51,955 nucleotides of DNA from Deltaproteobacteria bacterium (GCA_030262715.1 JAJSZR010000002.1:1-51955); one strand, 5' to 3'. Positions 35,679-50,891 are shown, counted from the first letter of the stretch. A program made the numbers and translations. Notes: generated by a model from the sequence alone, not told the origin.

Positions 35679-37301
35679 CTAACCTTTGACAAAACTCTTC
35701 AACATCCGGCTCCTGCCGGGATGTCTTAACTTCCTCAGTGCCTTTGCCTCTATCTGACGTATACGCTCTCTGGTAACAAAGAAGTCCTTGCCAACCTCTT
35801 CAAGGGTGTGATCTGATTGCTCTCCGATCCCGAAACGCATTCGAAGTATTTTTTCTTCTCTTGGTGTTAAGGTACTAAGAGCAATCCTTGTTTGCTCCAC
35901 TAAATTTGTACCCATTGTAGCTTCATCTGGAGACTTGGCCTCTTTATCCTCTATAAAATCCACTAAGTGGCTGTGTTCGCCATCGCCTATGGGAGTCTCT
36001 AAAGATATGGGATCTCTGGCCATCTTTATGACCTGGGACACCTTATCCCTGGGCAACCCCAGATGCTTAGCAACCTCCTCCGGCGCAGGCTCCTTCCCTG
36101 TCTCCTGTATCAGGGCCCTTGTAGCCCAAATAACCTTGTTCATAGTCTCAACCATGTGGACAGGTATGCGAATTGTCCTGGACTGATCGGCAATAGCCCT
36201 AGTGATTGCCTGACGGATCCACCAGGTTGCATAGGTGCTGAACTTGTAACCTCTTTTATATTCGAACTTATCAACGGCCTTCATAAGACCTATGTTGCCT
36301 TCCTGTATGAGATCAGAAAGATGCAGGCCCCGATGGAAATACTTTTTGGCGATGCTGACAACAAGACGGAGATTGGCCCAGACAAGATGCTTTTTGGCGT
36401 CTCTGGCAAGCTCAACTCCTTCATTGAATCGGGAAATAACGTTTTCCAGTTCTTTGGCATATAGCCCAGACTTTGCCAGAAATTCTCCGTCTGAAACATT
36501 GCCTAATTCCCGTTTTTCCTTGTCGAAGGCCTGGCAGAGCAGCTCTTGAAAACATTTTTCGATTCGCGCCTCTCCAAAGGTTTTCATCATGGAAGACCGG
36601 TTTTCCGTGAGTGCCTGTTTAATCGCTTTCAGGGCATCGTCGTCCAGACCGGGCTTTATGGACCTTAGAAGCCTGCGATTTTTTTTCTGAAGTATCTGAA
36701 TCTCATCCAAAATATCTCTGAGACGGGCTTTCCCATTTCTTGAATTGGCCTGTTTTTTAGCTTTGATGTAATCTGCATCTGAATTCTCTTCAGCCATGCA
36801 ATTAACATTCTTCACGATGGCCCGCGCCTCCTTGATAAAGGCATCAACTACATCGGGAATAGATAATGAGGCCTCTACAAAAGTTTGCTCCCCTTCCTCT
36901 ATAGCCTTTGCTATGTTAATCTCCTCTGTTCTGCTAAAAACTCTGTCTCCCATCTCCTTAAGGTAGATTCTCACTGGGTCAACACACCCACCCTTTCCTT
37001 CATCCAGATAGATGTCTTTTACACTATCACCGGATTTCTCTTCAACAACCGGTTCTACCTCATCCTCTTTAAGCAACCCCAGTGTAAAGCCGCTATCCAG
37101 CTCATGCACGCCTTTGTCTTCTTGATCAATATCTCCATATAGGCTTTGCTCTCCTTTATACTTTTCACGACAGGTCCGGACCTGGATTTTCCGCCTAACC
37201 TTTCTTGTCCTTTGAGAAATAGCTTTCCTGCCATTTTTCGCCCAACTGGTTAGCTGATCCTCCATTAAGTAATGCAAATCATAACCCTCTTCTTTCCTCA
37301 T
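35679..37301 (-). CDS. rpoD: Primary sigma factor RpoD
   Basis: [44 protein letters not shown]; lies downstream of dnaG. Confidence 0.93.
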   Translation of the reverse strand: MRKEEGYDLHYLMEDQLTSWAKNGRKAISQRTRKVRRKIQVRTCREKYKGEQSLYGDIDQEDKGVHELDSGFTLGLLKEDEVEPVVEEKSGDSVKDIYLDEGKGGCVDPVRIYLKEMGDRVFSRTEEINIAKAIEEGEQTFVEASLSIPDVVDAFIKEARAIVKNVNCMAEENSDADYIKAKKQANSRNGKARLRDILDEIQILQKKNRRLLRSIKPGLDDDALKAIKQALTENRSSMMKTFGEARIEKCFQELLCQAFDKEKRELGNVSDGEFLAKSGLYAKELENVISRFNEGVELARDAKKHLVWANLRLVVSIAKKYFHRGLHLSDLIQEGNIGLMKAVDKFEYKRGYKFSTYATWWIRQAITRAIADQSRTIRIPVHMVETMNKVIWATRALIQETGKEPAPEEVAKHLGLPRDKVSQVIKMARDPISLETPIGDGEHSHLVDFIEDKEAKSPDEATMGTNLVEQTRIALSTLTPREEKILRMRFGIGEQSDHTLEEVGKDFFVTRERIRQIEAKALRKLRHPGRSRMLKSFVKG

Positions 37302-37367
37302 CAATTCCTCCTTTTTTACAAAAGTGGCATCAAATTGGACATTATAGTCTGCAGTTCCTGAAGATAC

Positions 37368-39137
37368 TCACCTGAGCTGTAGTAACTGTTTTAAAAGATC
37401 TTCATCATCCATTACCCCTGCAGGGGCTTTGATCTGTTCCAGAACATTCCATCTCAAGACCTTATTGCGACGATCCTCACAATATCTTTTTAGGCCTGAA
37501 AGCATCTCTTCTTCCATATCCTCAAACGGGGAAAAGTCTGCAGAAAGTCGCATGGCCAAGGCCCTTAATTCAGGCACAGGCTCAAGCTGATCATACAGGT
37601 CAGAAAGATTGAGATTCCCTGACATACTGTAGAGATGCGACATTGCCATCCAAAGATCCCTCAAAGACGGAACCTCAAGCCACAAATCCAGGCCGGCGTC
37701 CAAAAAAGCCTCCATATACCGGGGATGCCCGAGCAGGAAACCTATCAGCTTAGCCTCCGCCCTATTTTCAGGACCCTTGTGGATTTTGACTTCAGCAGAC
37801 AGTTCATAACGATTTCTAATATTGGAAACGACAGTACTGGAATTGCTGACATTCAGGCGCTCCCAAAGGCTCTCCTCTCTCACACCCAATTTTTGAGCCA
37901 CATATCCTACCAAAAGCGATTTTCTGACTGGATCACTGACAGGCTGAAGGATCAACAGCACATCTTCTGTTGTCCTGAATCTTCCTTCCGGGTCATTTCC
38001 ATAAGATAACAGGCCTTGCTGAATAGCAAAATCAAGGCCGGAACCGGCTGTATCTACCTGGGCCTCCCAAGCCTCCTTGCCTTCCCGCCTAACAAAGCTA
38101 TCCGGGTCATCTTCAGCAGGAAGATTAAGCACCCTGACCCTGAGATCCAGTTTGTAAAAGAATGGAAGCGCTCTGAGGGCAGCCTTGACCCCTGCGGTAT
38201 CGCCATCAAAAACCAGAATCCAGTCCTTGCAAAGCCCTTTTAATTGCTTGACATGATCTTCAGTCAAGGCTGTACCGAGTGTTGCAACAACCTGATCTAT
38301 ATCGAACTGGGCCAAGGCCAGGAGATCCATGTATCCTTCAACTACATAGCCTCTGCCGGCCCGTCTGATTGCCCCTTTATTTTGAGACAGACCGTAAAGG
38401 ACCCTGCTCTTGTTGTAGACAGGAGTTTCAGGAGAATTCAGGTACTTGGGTTGGCCATCTTTCAGAATACGACCGCCCAAAGCCACTACCTTCCCCGACC
38501 TGTCAAGGATAGGAAAGATAATCCTCCCACGAAAACGGTCATAGTATCCCTTCCCGCTCTCCCTGGAGACAATCAACCCCGCCTTTTCTGCCTTATCGAG
38601 TGACAGCCCTTCGGCATTTAAATGATTGATAAGACCATCCCAGCGATCATTGGCCCATCCCAGCCGAAACCCAGAAATGATCTCGAATTTCAGGCCACGG
38701 CCTTCAAGATATGCCCGCGCATCACTGGCTCCGGGTGAATGAAGGAGGTTTTGGTAATAAAATTCTGCTGCAAACAGATTGAGACTGACTAATTCTTCCG
38801 TCTCCATATGACGCTTTTGATCCCGGGATGATCTCGGTCTTTCAGGAATGATTATGCCGTAACGGTTGGCTAAGGCCTTCACTGCTTCCACAAAGCTCAT
38901 GCCCTGCATCTTCATAAGGAATTTGAAGACGTCTCCGCCTTCGCCACATCCGAAACAGTGAAAAATCTGTTTTTCTTCGCTAACTGAAAAGGAGGGATCT
39001 TTATCCGGATGAAAGGGACAGAGGCCGATCCAGTTTCGGCCGCTCTTTTTCAACGTCACATATTCTCCGACGACCTGCCGGATATTTGCAGCTTCAAGTA
39101 CGCTTCTAAGGACGTCCTCAGGAATATACGAGCTCAC
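37368..39137 (-). CDS. dnaG: DNA primase
   Basis: CPFH..CFGC zinc finger, KYLNSPET, VEGYMD, FDGD, DPD. Confidence 0.97.
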   Translation of the reverse strand: MSSYIPEDVLRSVLEAANIRQVVGEYVTLKKSGRNWIGLCPFHPDKDPSFSVSEEKQIFHCFGCGEGGDVFKFLMKMQGMSFVEAVKALANRYGIIIPERPRSSRDQKRHMETEELVSLNLFAAEFYYQNLLHSPGASDARAYLEGRGLKFEIISGFRLGWANDRWDGLINHLNAEGLSLDKAEKAGLIVSRESGKGYYDRFRGRIIFPILDRSGKVVALGGRILKDGQPKYLNSPETPVYNKSRVLYGLSQNKGAIRRAGRGYVVEGYMDLLALAQFDIDQVVATLGTALTEDHVKQLKGLCKDWILVFDGDTAGVKAALRALPFFYKLDLRVRVLNLPAEDDPDSFVRREGKEAWEAQVDTAGSGLDFAIQQGLLSYGNDPEGRFRTTEDVLLILQPVSDPVRKSLLVGYVAQKLGVREESLWERLNVSNSSTVVSNIRNRYELSAEVKIHKGPENRAEAKLIGFLLGHPRYMEAFLDAGLDLWLEVPSLRDLWMAMSHLYSMSGNLNLSDLYDQLEPVPELRALAMRLSADFSPFEDMEEEMLSGLKRYCEDRRNKVLRWNVLEQIKAPAGVMDDEDLLKQLLQLR

Positions 39138-39505
39138 GCCATACGCCCCTTAACTCAGCATACCTAAAGGAAATGATGCATGAAGGATCAAGGATTCCAC
39201 TCCCCAGAAATCCGACCGCAAAGTCATGAAAACCACTACTTTGTTGGACGGTCATATTAACAAGGCGAGGCAATCTGTCAATAAGTAGGACGTAACTTTG
39301 GATATTTCATAATATCGAAATCTGAAACAATATCGAATTACCAAAATTCTAATGACAAAAACGGGGCATGACCTGGAAGACGTTGAATTCCGAACTAACA
39401 CGAATAATTTCACTGTTGATTTTATTGAATAAGTCTGTAAAAAGCAAATAACGCTTGCGAGCCTTTTCAAGATACGTGTCGTGCAGCAGGGAGATAAATA
39501 ACGTT

Positions 39506-40348
39506 ATGAATAAAAAGGACCTTCCGGTAATCCCATCTGACAGGTCAGACGATCTTCATAATTTGGAAATTGCGGATTCATCTGATCTTGTCCTCTTTAT
39601 GGCAGGGAATCAATTTATGGCAATGGGAGAGATCATCTCTGCCTTTCAAAAGGAATACCATCATATCAAGAGGATCTTCTACGAAACCCTTCCTCCGGGA
39701 CTTGAACTGAAACAGATCTTATCCGGCAGCGCCGTTTTTGGTGATAAAACATTGGACATTTATCCGGATGTTTACACTTCAGTAAATGAAAAAGCAATGA
39801 AGATACTGGAACAGTCCGGCCATATCGATAAAGGTAACTATCACCTGTATCTTCATAACAGGTTGACCTTGATGGTTGTGAAAGAAAACCCTGCGAGGAT
39901 AGGTTCTGTTACGGACCTGGCGCGGGATGATGTCCGCATCTCACAGCCTGACCCTGAAAATGAAGATATTGCTTTCTTGATTATGGAAATGTACAGGCAG
40001 GCGGGCGGGGATAGGCTGGTCCATCGAATAATGGAGGAAAAGCGTGCTGAAGGATCAACCATTTTCACGGCTGTTCATCACAGAGAGACCCCGTTACGTA
40101 TTGCAAAAAAGACGGTTGACGTGGGGCCTGTATGGGCCACGGAAGCAATACATGCAAGATCATCCGGTCTCGCTTTTGATGTGGTTGAGCCTGGTGAAAA
40201 ACTCGATCAGAGAGACAGGACGAATTATTATATATGTAAATTAAAAAATGCCCCGCACCCGGATAATGCCGGGATGTTTCTGGATTTTATTGCTTCACCG
40301 TCTGCCCAAGAGATCTACAAGAAATATGGTTTTGAAAAGGAACCATAA
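39506..40348 (+). CDS. ModA-like (molybdate/anion) substrate-binding-fold protein without evident signal peptide
   Basis: LFMAGNQF, NPARIGSVTDL, HHRETP, DVGPVWATE, FLDFIASPSAQEIYKKYGF. Start moved to ATG 39506. Confidence 0.75.
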   Translation: MNKKDLPVIPSDRSDDLHNLEIADSSDLVLFMAGNQFMAMGEIISAFQKEYHHIKRIFYETLPPGLELKQILSGSAVFGDKTLDIYPDVYTSVNEKAMKILEQSGHIDKGNYHLYLHNRLTLMVVKENPARIGSVTDLARDDVRISQPDPENEDIAFLIMEMYRQAGGDRLVHRIMEEKRAEGSTIFTAVHHRETPLRIAKKTVDVGPVWATEAIHARSSGLAFDVVEPGEKLDQRDRTNYYICKLKNAPHPDNAGMFLDFIASPSAQEIYKKYGFEKEP

Positions 40349-41004
40349 TGCATATTCAAGCAACTACCATTTCGGATGCCTGGTACCAGATCCTGTACAA
40401 TATTGAATCCGAAGCCTATCGTCAGGATATCGAAAGGGGATCCTTTGAGAAAGAACACTACCGACTTCAGATACCCTGGTTGTCTTTGGAGATCATGCAT
40501 CCTCTTCAGGATATGATTCCAGTTATTCCTCCCGGATGCTCCGCGCCTCCCCCGAACACCATGGAATATGTGAAAAAATATTTTATCGACTACTTGCTGG
40601 GAGGAAAACTGCCGGGAAAGAACGAGGCCTATACCTATGCATCGCGGATAGACGTTCAGCTTTCCAAGGCTATACAGATTCTCAAAGATACTCCCAATAC
40701 AAATCAGTCTTCCATAATTGTTGGACGGCCGGAGGACTTAGACCTTCAAGACCCAGCCTGCCTTAGAGCGATAGACCTGAAAGTTCACGATGGCCAGCTT
40801 GATATCGCAACCTTTTGGCGCAGTTGGGATATTTGGGCTGGTTTGCCAACCAATTTAGGAGGTTTGGCATTGTTAATGGAATATGTCTCCGAGGAAATAG
40901 GATTTAGGGTGGGAGTCTTAAGAGCCGCAAGCCAGGGGGCCCATATTTATGAATATCAAATTCCTTTTGTGAAAGCTCGATTGGGACGGGAGGAGAATCC
41001 TTAA
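40348..41004 (+). CDS. thyA: Thymidylate synthase (short ThyA type)
   Basis: YTYASR, DPACL (catalytic Cys), WRSWD, GLPTN, HIY. Confidence 0.8.
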   Translation: MHIQATTISDAWYQILYNIESEAYRQDIERGSFEKEHYRLQIPWLSLEIMHPLQDMIPVIPPGCSAPPPNTMEYVKKYFIDYLLGGKLPGKNEAYTYASRIDVQLSKAIQILKDTPNTNQSSIIVGRPEDLDLQDPACLRAIDLKVHDGQLDIATFWRSWDIWAGLPTNLGGLALLMEYVSEEIGFRVGVLRAASQGAHIYEYQIPFVKARLGREENP

Positions 41005-41007
41005 TCC

Positions 41008-45913
<4,906 letters not shown>

Positions 45914-45961
45914 AGAAAGACTATACGTTGAGGGCTGGAAGGGGTCAAGAAATGACAACGG

Positions 45962-46163
45962 ATTTGATCACGGGATGGCCGTCCTTTGTCGCTCCATATG
46001 CTTTCGCCCCTTGTTTTCTAAGGCATTTGCAGCGGGGGATTTCTGCCCCCTCCCCGTTCTCCTTCGCTTCGCTCCGGAGCCGGGGTTTCCCCCACTCCAA
46101 ATGCCAAGAAAACTGCGGAACTTAGGCAGGTCGCTCCAAGGGACGGCCATCCCGTGATCAAAT
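45962..46163. mobile_element. 202-bp MITE-like element with 23-bp perfect terminal inverted repeats
   Basis: ATTTGATCACGGGATGGCCGTCC (45962-84) / GGACGGCCATCCCGTGATCAAAT (46141-63); no credible ORF. Confidence 0.75.
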
Positions 46164-46257
46164 ACATGACATCAGATGAATATCACCTTTGCGTTTTTCT
46201 ATAATTCCAGTTATTTTTACTGCCAATTGAGAATTCAGGGATTGAGAAATTGAAGGT

Positions 46258-46428
46258 TGTTCCGGTATCCTTACATAGTAAGCCAAAAGTTGTTTACACT
46301 TTATTCATCCTGTACTTTGGCAGTGAAATTTGAAATTTGAAATTAGAGCTGATTAATCGAGTTGTTATTCAGTTTTTATCCAAATTTCCAATTTCTAGTT
46401 TCCAGTTTCGGCATCCAGTACGGGAACA
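46258..46428 (+). mobile_element. Diverged fourth copy of the ~210-bp repeat with a different core and right end
   Basis: AAGCCAAAAGTTGTTTACACTTT...TTTGGCAGTGAAATTTGAAATTTG...TTTCCAGTTTCGGCATC aligns to copies 1-3; bounded by TGTTCCGGTA/TACGGGAACA. Confidence 0.7.
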
Positions 46429-46460
46429 ATGTTTTTTAAAATTTTTATTAAAGGTGCTAT

Positions 46461-47246
46461 ATGCTTAAAGCAGGAATTTTTTTGGATATTGAAAATCTGG
46501 TACGATGCGGGGGTTGGGGAATTCGATACCGCGTTGTTAGAGAGTTGGTAGAGGCTCAAGAAGCCACGATACTACGGGCAAACGCCTACATGGCAATCGA
46601 TTCGGAACGGGAAGAAAAGGATATCGATTATCAGAGGAAGAAACAAGAGTATCGAGATGCAGTCAGACGTGAAAGTTTCCACTTGGTTTTAAAAAAAGTC
46701 CAGCGGTACAGGAATTCTGAAGGGGATATTATTACCAAAGCAAATGCTGACCTTGATCTTGCGATAGACGCATTATTGCAGGCAGATAACCTGGATTACA
46801 TACTATTAGGCAGCGGTGATGGTGATTTTTTCAGGCTTGTCCGGACACTTCAGAACAGAGGAAAGCGAGTAGATCTCCTCTCTTTCTCCAACACGAGTGA
46901 AATCCTTCGGTGTGAAGTTGATAACCACTTTTCAGGATATCTGGTTCCCGGACTCTTGCCTTCCATAGACAATTCGTCGCGTAAACGCGGAGTAATGCAT
47001 GTCTTTAACGAGGAGAAGGGATTCGCATTTCTGGCTGTACGAACCGGTCTTGGTGTCTTGGATATTCGTGACGATGTCTTTTGCCATATTAGCGATTTCA
47101 AACACAGAGACGGACGTGTCGTGACCGATCAGTCCTTTGCTCAATTAAAGACCCAGCAGAAGATTATTGAGTTCGAACTTGTTGAGCGAAGCGATGGCAA
47201 GGTAAAAGCAATCAATGCCACTGAGTTTGAACCTGAAATGAAATGA
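46461..47246 (+). CDS. NYN (LabA/DUF88) nuclease-fold protein with C-terminal cold-shock/OB domain
   Basis: FLDIEN, KANADLDLAID, GSGDGDF, RGKRV; then FNEEKGFAFL...DVFCHIS...GKVKA (CSD RNP motifs). Confidence 0.85.
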   Translation: MLKAGIFLDIENLVRCGGWGIRYRVVRELVEAQEATILRANAYMAIDSEREEKDIDYQRKKQEYRDAVRRESFHLVLKKVQRYRNSEGDIITKANADLDLAIDALLQADNLDYILLGSGDGDFFRLVRTLQNRGKRVDLLSFSNTSEILRCEVDNHFSGYLVPGLLPSIDNSSRKRGVMHVFNEEKGFAFLAVRTGLGVLDIRDDVFCHISDFKHRDGRVVTDQSFAQLKTQQKIIEFELVERSDGKVKAINATEFEPEMK

Positions 47247-47250
47247 GCCT

Positions 47251-48612
47251 TCAGCTTGTAAGTTGTCTGGCAAGCCTTTCCGAATTTGCAACGCAGTCGT
47301 TGAGACTTATACCACCAAGCCAATTACATCTGATATAGAGCCCGGGATAAGACCTCAGAGTCAAATCGATTTCAGAAGCAATGGCCTGGTGTCCCTTCTC
47401 GTACTGTGGAATGGCCTCCTTCCACCTAAAAATCTTCACAAACTCCGGTTCACCCTTCAACCCAATGAGATCTGAAGATTCTTTTACCACCAGGTCCAGA
47501 AGGGATGCGTCAGGGAGTCTGGCCAGGTCCGGTGCCCTTGCACCACCTACCAGGGTCCTTATAAGCTGATAACCTTCAGGGGCTCTGTTGGGGAAAATGG
47601 ACGAATCCCAGAGGGCCCCAAGGATTGAGCGTTTCTCACTGCCCGGGGCAAGAAACCCGAATCCATTCAGGGAATTCTCAGTGGTTCCCTGTCTAATGCC
47701 CATACACACAATACTTACAGGGGGATAATTTATTTGCACTGCAAGTTTTACAATATCCGGGGCAGTCTCTTTAAGGACTTCTGAAACCGCCTTAACAGGA
47801 CATGCCAGCACCACGTGGCTTGCATCAAGTTCCTCCCCGTCTTGTAAACAGACACGCCAGCCGGTGTCCTGCTTTGAAATCGAAGCTACGGAAGAGTTCA
47901 ACCGTACTGCAGGACCCAGTGCCTTGACAAGGGCATCTACTAGCTCATTCATGCCGGTAGTAAAGGAAGTGAGAACGCCTCCAGGACCGGCACCCGGACC
48001 CTTTTCCCCTTTTTTCCTTGCCTTTCTCTGAAGCCGGATCATGGCCCTGATCAAGCTGCCGTAGTCACGCTCAAGTTCGTGGATCCTGGGAAAGCAGCTA
48101 CGAAGAGACAGTCGCTCCGGATCTCCGGCATAGATCCCGGTAGCCATGGGATCTATGAGATATTCAAAGGCCTCCCTGCCAAGACGCCTTCTTGCAAAGT
48201 CAGCCAGGGACTCGTCCTCAGAGAGGTCACCTTTTGACACCAGGGCCTCGGCCAGGACCCTCAATCGTCCGGGTAGAGAGAGTATTTTCGAGCTTAAGAA
48301 CTGCGCGGGCGATACAGGGAGTTGAATCAGTTGCCCGTTCTTTATCACAAAACGGCGCCTGGCTGCATCATTGCTTCTCAGGGGCTCAAGTCCGAGCCTG
48401 GCGGCAAGGGCAAGAGTTGAAGGCTTGTTGTCAAGCACGCCATTTACGCCCTTTTCGCACACAAAGCCATCCTCTTTTATAGTCCATGCCTTGCCTCCAG
48501 CCCTGGCCCCTGCCTCAAGCACCAGAACTTCCCAGCCGGGCCTGAGTTCCTTGAGGAACCAGGCAAGGGACAGGCCTGACAACCCGCCTCCTGCTATTAT
48601 TACTTTAGCCAT
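47251..48612 (-). CDS. hemY: HemY-type proto-/coproporphyrinogen oxidase
   Basis: GGGLSGL FAD motif, GIYAGDPERLS, GFGFL, AIPQY. Confidence 0.93.
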   Translation of the reverse strand: MAKVIIAGGGLSGLSLAWFLKELRPGWEVLVLEAGARAGGKAWTIKEDGFVCEKGVNGVLDNKPSTLALAARLGLEPLRSNDAARRRFVIKNGQLIQLPVSPAQFLSSKILSLPGRLRVLAEALVSKGDLSEDESLADFARRRLGREAFEYLIDPMATGIYAGDPERLSLRSCFPRIHELERDYGSLIRAMIRLQRKARKKGEKGPGAGPGGVLTSFTTGMNELVDALVKALGPAVRLNSSVASISKQDTGWRVCLQDGEELDASHVVLACPVKAVSEVLKETAPDIVKLAVQINYPPVSIVCMGIRQGTTENSLNGFGFLAPGSEKRSILGALWDSSIFPNRAPEGYQLIRTLVGGARAPDLARLPDASLLDLVVKESSDLIGLKGEPEFVKIFRWKEAIPQYEKGHQAIASEIDLTLRSYPGLYIRCNWLGGISLNDCVANSERLARQLTS

Positions 48613-48622
48613 GTAATCATGT

Positions 48623-48857
48623 TGAAATTGGAAATTGGAAATTGGAAGATAGAAAATAGAAAATAGAAATTGGAAATTTGACTTTCATGCTTTTGTACTG
48701 TTGATGATAGTATTATCTGATAACCTACGGTGTTCTGAACTTTTTTGTTCCACTTACCCAAATTTCAAATTTCAAATTTCAAGCCGTTCATTTCCCCCCA
48801 AATTTCCAATTTCCAATTTCTATTCCCAAATTTCAAGTTTCAAGCCGGAACGGCTAC
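48623..48857 (-). mobile_element. Heptamer-flanked micro-cassette B with four-helix-bundle gene remnant
   Basis: Minus strand GTAGCCGTTCCGGCTTGAAA-(GAAATT)n...[GKWNKKVQNTVGYQII / INSTKA*] (48748-48685)-(AATTTC)n. Confidence 0.75.
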
Positions 48858-48859
48858 TT

Positions 48860-49822
48860 TTACTCCAGCCATCCCGCCTTCTTAAGACCCTGCTCCACCA
48901 GATTGGAAAGTGCATTGATAAACAAAGGCCTGTCATTAAGGGAGGGCGTGCGAATAAGTCGTACCCCCTTTTCGGCCATCATTCCGGAATAAAGCATGTC
49001 TATTTCGTAGAGAGTCTCTATATGATCCGACACAAAACTTATAGGCAGGACCAAAAGGCTATGGAAACCCTTTTCTGCAAGCTCGTTCAGCAAAACATCG
49101 GTCCCAGGCTCAAGCCACTCCACAGGACCGCTCCTGCTCTGATAGCACAGATGGCCCTTAAGACCGGTCAGTTCCTCAAGGACCGTAATAGTACGATAAA
49201 GGTGATCCACATATGGATCACCTTCCTCTACCATGCTTTTTGGCAGGCTATGGGCGCTGTATACAAGGGCGAATTTCTCTTTGTCTTTTACCTTTTTCAT
49301 GCCCTCTTGCACGATATCCGCCAGGGCCGCGACATAGCCCGGATCATCCGGAAAGCTGTCTATGACAAGGGTTTCAAACCCAAGCCCTCCTGCGCATCTT
49401 TCAAACTCACTTATGGAAGAACCACTAGTGGCCCGGCTATAGTGTGGATAAAGAGAAAGGCCCAGCACTTTAGAGATACCCCTGTCTTTCATATTATGTA
49501 AGACGTCCGGGGTCCGCGGGTTCCAGTATCTCATTCCTGCAAGGCAAAATACATTTTCCTGCAGTTTTTTATTTAGCAATTGCTCAACGGCCTTGGCCTG
49601 AACTCTGGTAATAGAGGCAAGCGGGCTCCTGCCCCCGATCTTTGCATACGCAGCCCGGCTCTTCGGAGCCCGCCGCCTGGATATTGCCCAGGCAATAAGG
49701 GGTTGCAAAAAGCGCGGGCCCAGTTGAATAATTTCGCGGTCTGAAAAGAGGTTATAAAGAAAGGGCCTCACCGTAGCCAGGGAATCCGGCCCCCCCATGT
49801 TGAGGAAAACTATCCCTATCAT
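48860..49822 (-). CDS. hemH: Ferrochelatase
   Basis: NMGGP, GGRSPL, LYPHYS, SAHSLP, YQSR.GP..WL.P, FVSDHIETLYEID; TGATG overlap with hemE. Confidence 0.96.
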   Translation of the reverse strand: MIGIVFLNMGGPDSLATVRPFLYNLFSDREIIQLGPRFLQPLIAWAISRRRAPKSRAAYAKIGGRSPLASITRVQAKAVEQLLNKKLQENVFCLAGMRYWNPRTPDVLHNMKDRGISKVLGLSLYPHYSRATSGSSISEFERCAGGLGFETLVIDSFPDDPGYVAALADIVQEGMKKVKDKEKFALVYSAHSLPKSMVEEGDPYVDHLYRTITVLEELTGLKGHLCYQSRSGPVEWLEPGTDVLLNELAEKGFHSLLVLPISFVSDHIETLYEIDMLYSGMMAEKGVRLIRTPSLNDRPLFINALSNLVEQGLKKAGWLE

Positions 49823-50847
49823 CAGCAAGACAACTCGTGTACCAGTTCTACCAGGAGCTTTACCTTCTCAGGAGGTATCTCAGGTGGGATACCGTGACCC
49901 AGATTAAAGATGTGGGCCTTGGCCTCCCGGCCTTGGCGCAATACGGAATCCACCCTGGTTCTTAGCTTATGCTCAGGAAGAAACAGGGCACATGGATCCA
50001 GATTTCCTTGGACTATGGCATCGGATCCAAGTCTTGATATGGCGATCTCTATGTCCATACGCCAATCCAGCCCTATGACTTCGGCACCTGAATCACGTAT
50101 GATTTCAAGGACATGCCCTCCATTAAAGACAAAGTAGATAAAGGGCACCCCTGAACCCTCAAGTCCTTTGAGAATACTGGTTACATATGGGAGGGCGCAT
50201 CTATTGTAATCCTCTTTGTTCAGGATACCTGCCCAGGTATCAAATACCTGTATGGCCTGAGCGCCCGCCTTGATCTGGGCCTTGATGTAAGAAAGGACAA
50301 CTTCGGTAATGAGATCCATGAGTCGAGAAAAGAGGGAGGGGGACTCAAACAGCATCCTTTTTGTATTTACAAAACTCTTTGAGGAACCTCCTTCTATAAT
50401 ATAAGTCGCAAGGGTAAAGGGTGCCCCTGAAAAACCTATCAGCGGGACCTTGTCACTAAGTTCTTTCCTCAAGATCCGGATGGTCTCAAGTACGAATGAT
50501 ACATCGGCATCCGGATCTATAGGATGAAGCCTTTCAATATCCTGCTCAGTCCTTACGGGAGGATTCAAGACAGGACCCCTTCCCTCGTGGAAATCAAGCC
50601 CTATTCCCATGCACTCAAGGGGGATCAGTATATCGGAAAAGAGTATGGCTGCGTCAACTCCCAGTATATCCACCGGCTGGATGGTAACCTCTGCCGCAAG
50701 CTCCGGGGTCTTACAGAGGGTGAGAAAGTCTATTTTTTTTCTGACCTCCTGATAGGCAGGAAGATATCTCCCGGCCTGCCTCATGAGCCAGACCGGCACT
50801 GGCCTGACGGCCTCACCATTACAGGCCCTTAAAAAGGCTTCATTCAT
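49822..50847 (-). CDS. hemE: Uroporphyrinogen decarboxylase
   Basis: PVWLMRQAGRYLP, ILFSDIL, QGNLDP, FNLGHGI; AGGAGG RBS before ATG 50847. Confidence 0.97.
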   Translation of the reverse strand: MNEAFLRACNGEAVRPVPVWLMRQAGRYLPAYQEVRKKIDFLTLCKTPELAAEVTIQPVDILGVDAAILFSDILIPLECMGIGLDFHEGRGPVLNPPVRTEQDIERLHPIDPDADVSFVLETIRILRKELSDKVPLIGFSGAPFTLATYIIEGGSSKSFVNTKRMLFESPSLFSRLMDLITEVVLSYIKAQIKAGAQAIQVFDTWAGILNKEDYNRCALPYVTSILKGLEGSGVPFIYFVFNGGHVLEIIRDSGAEVIGLDWRMDIEIAISRLGSDAIVQGNLDPCALFLPEHKLRTRVDSVLRQGREAKAHIFNLGHGIPPEIPPEKVKLLVELVHELSC

Positions 50848-50891
50848 CCTGTCCTCCTGGAGGTTGAAATTGGAAATTGGAAATTTGGCCT

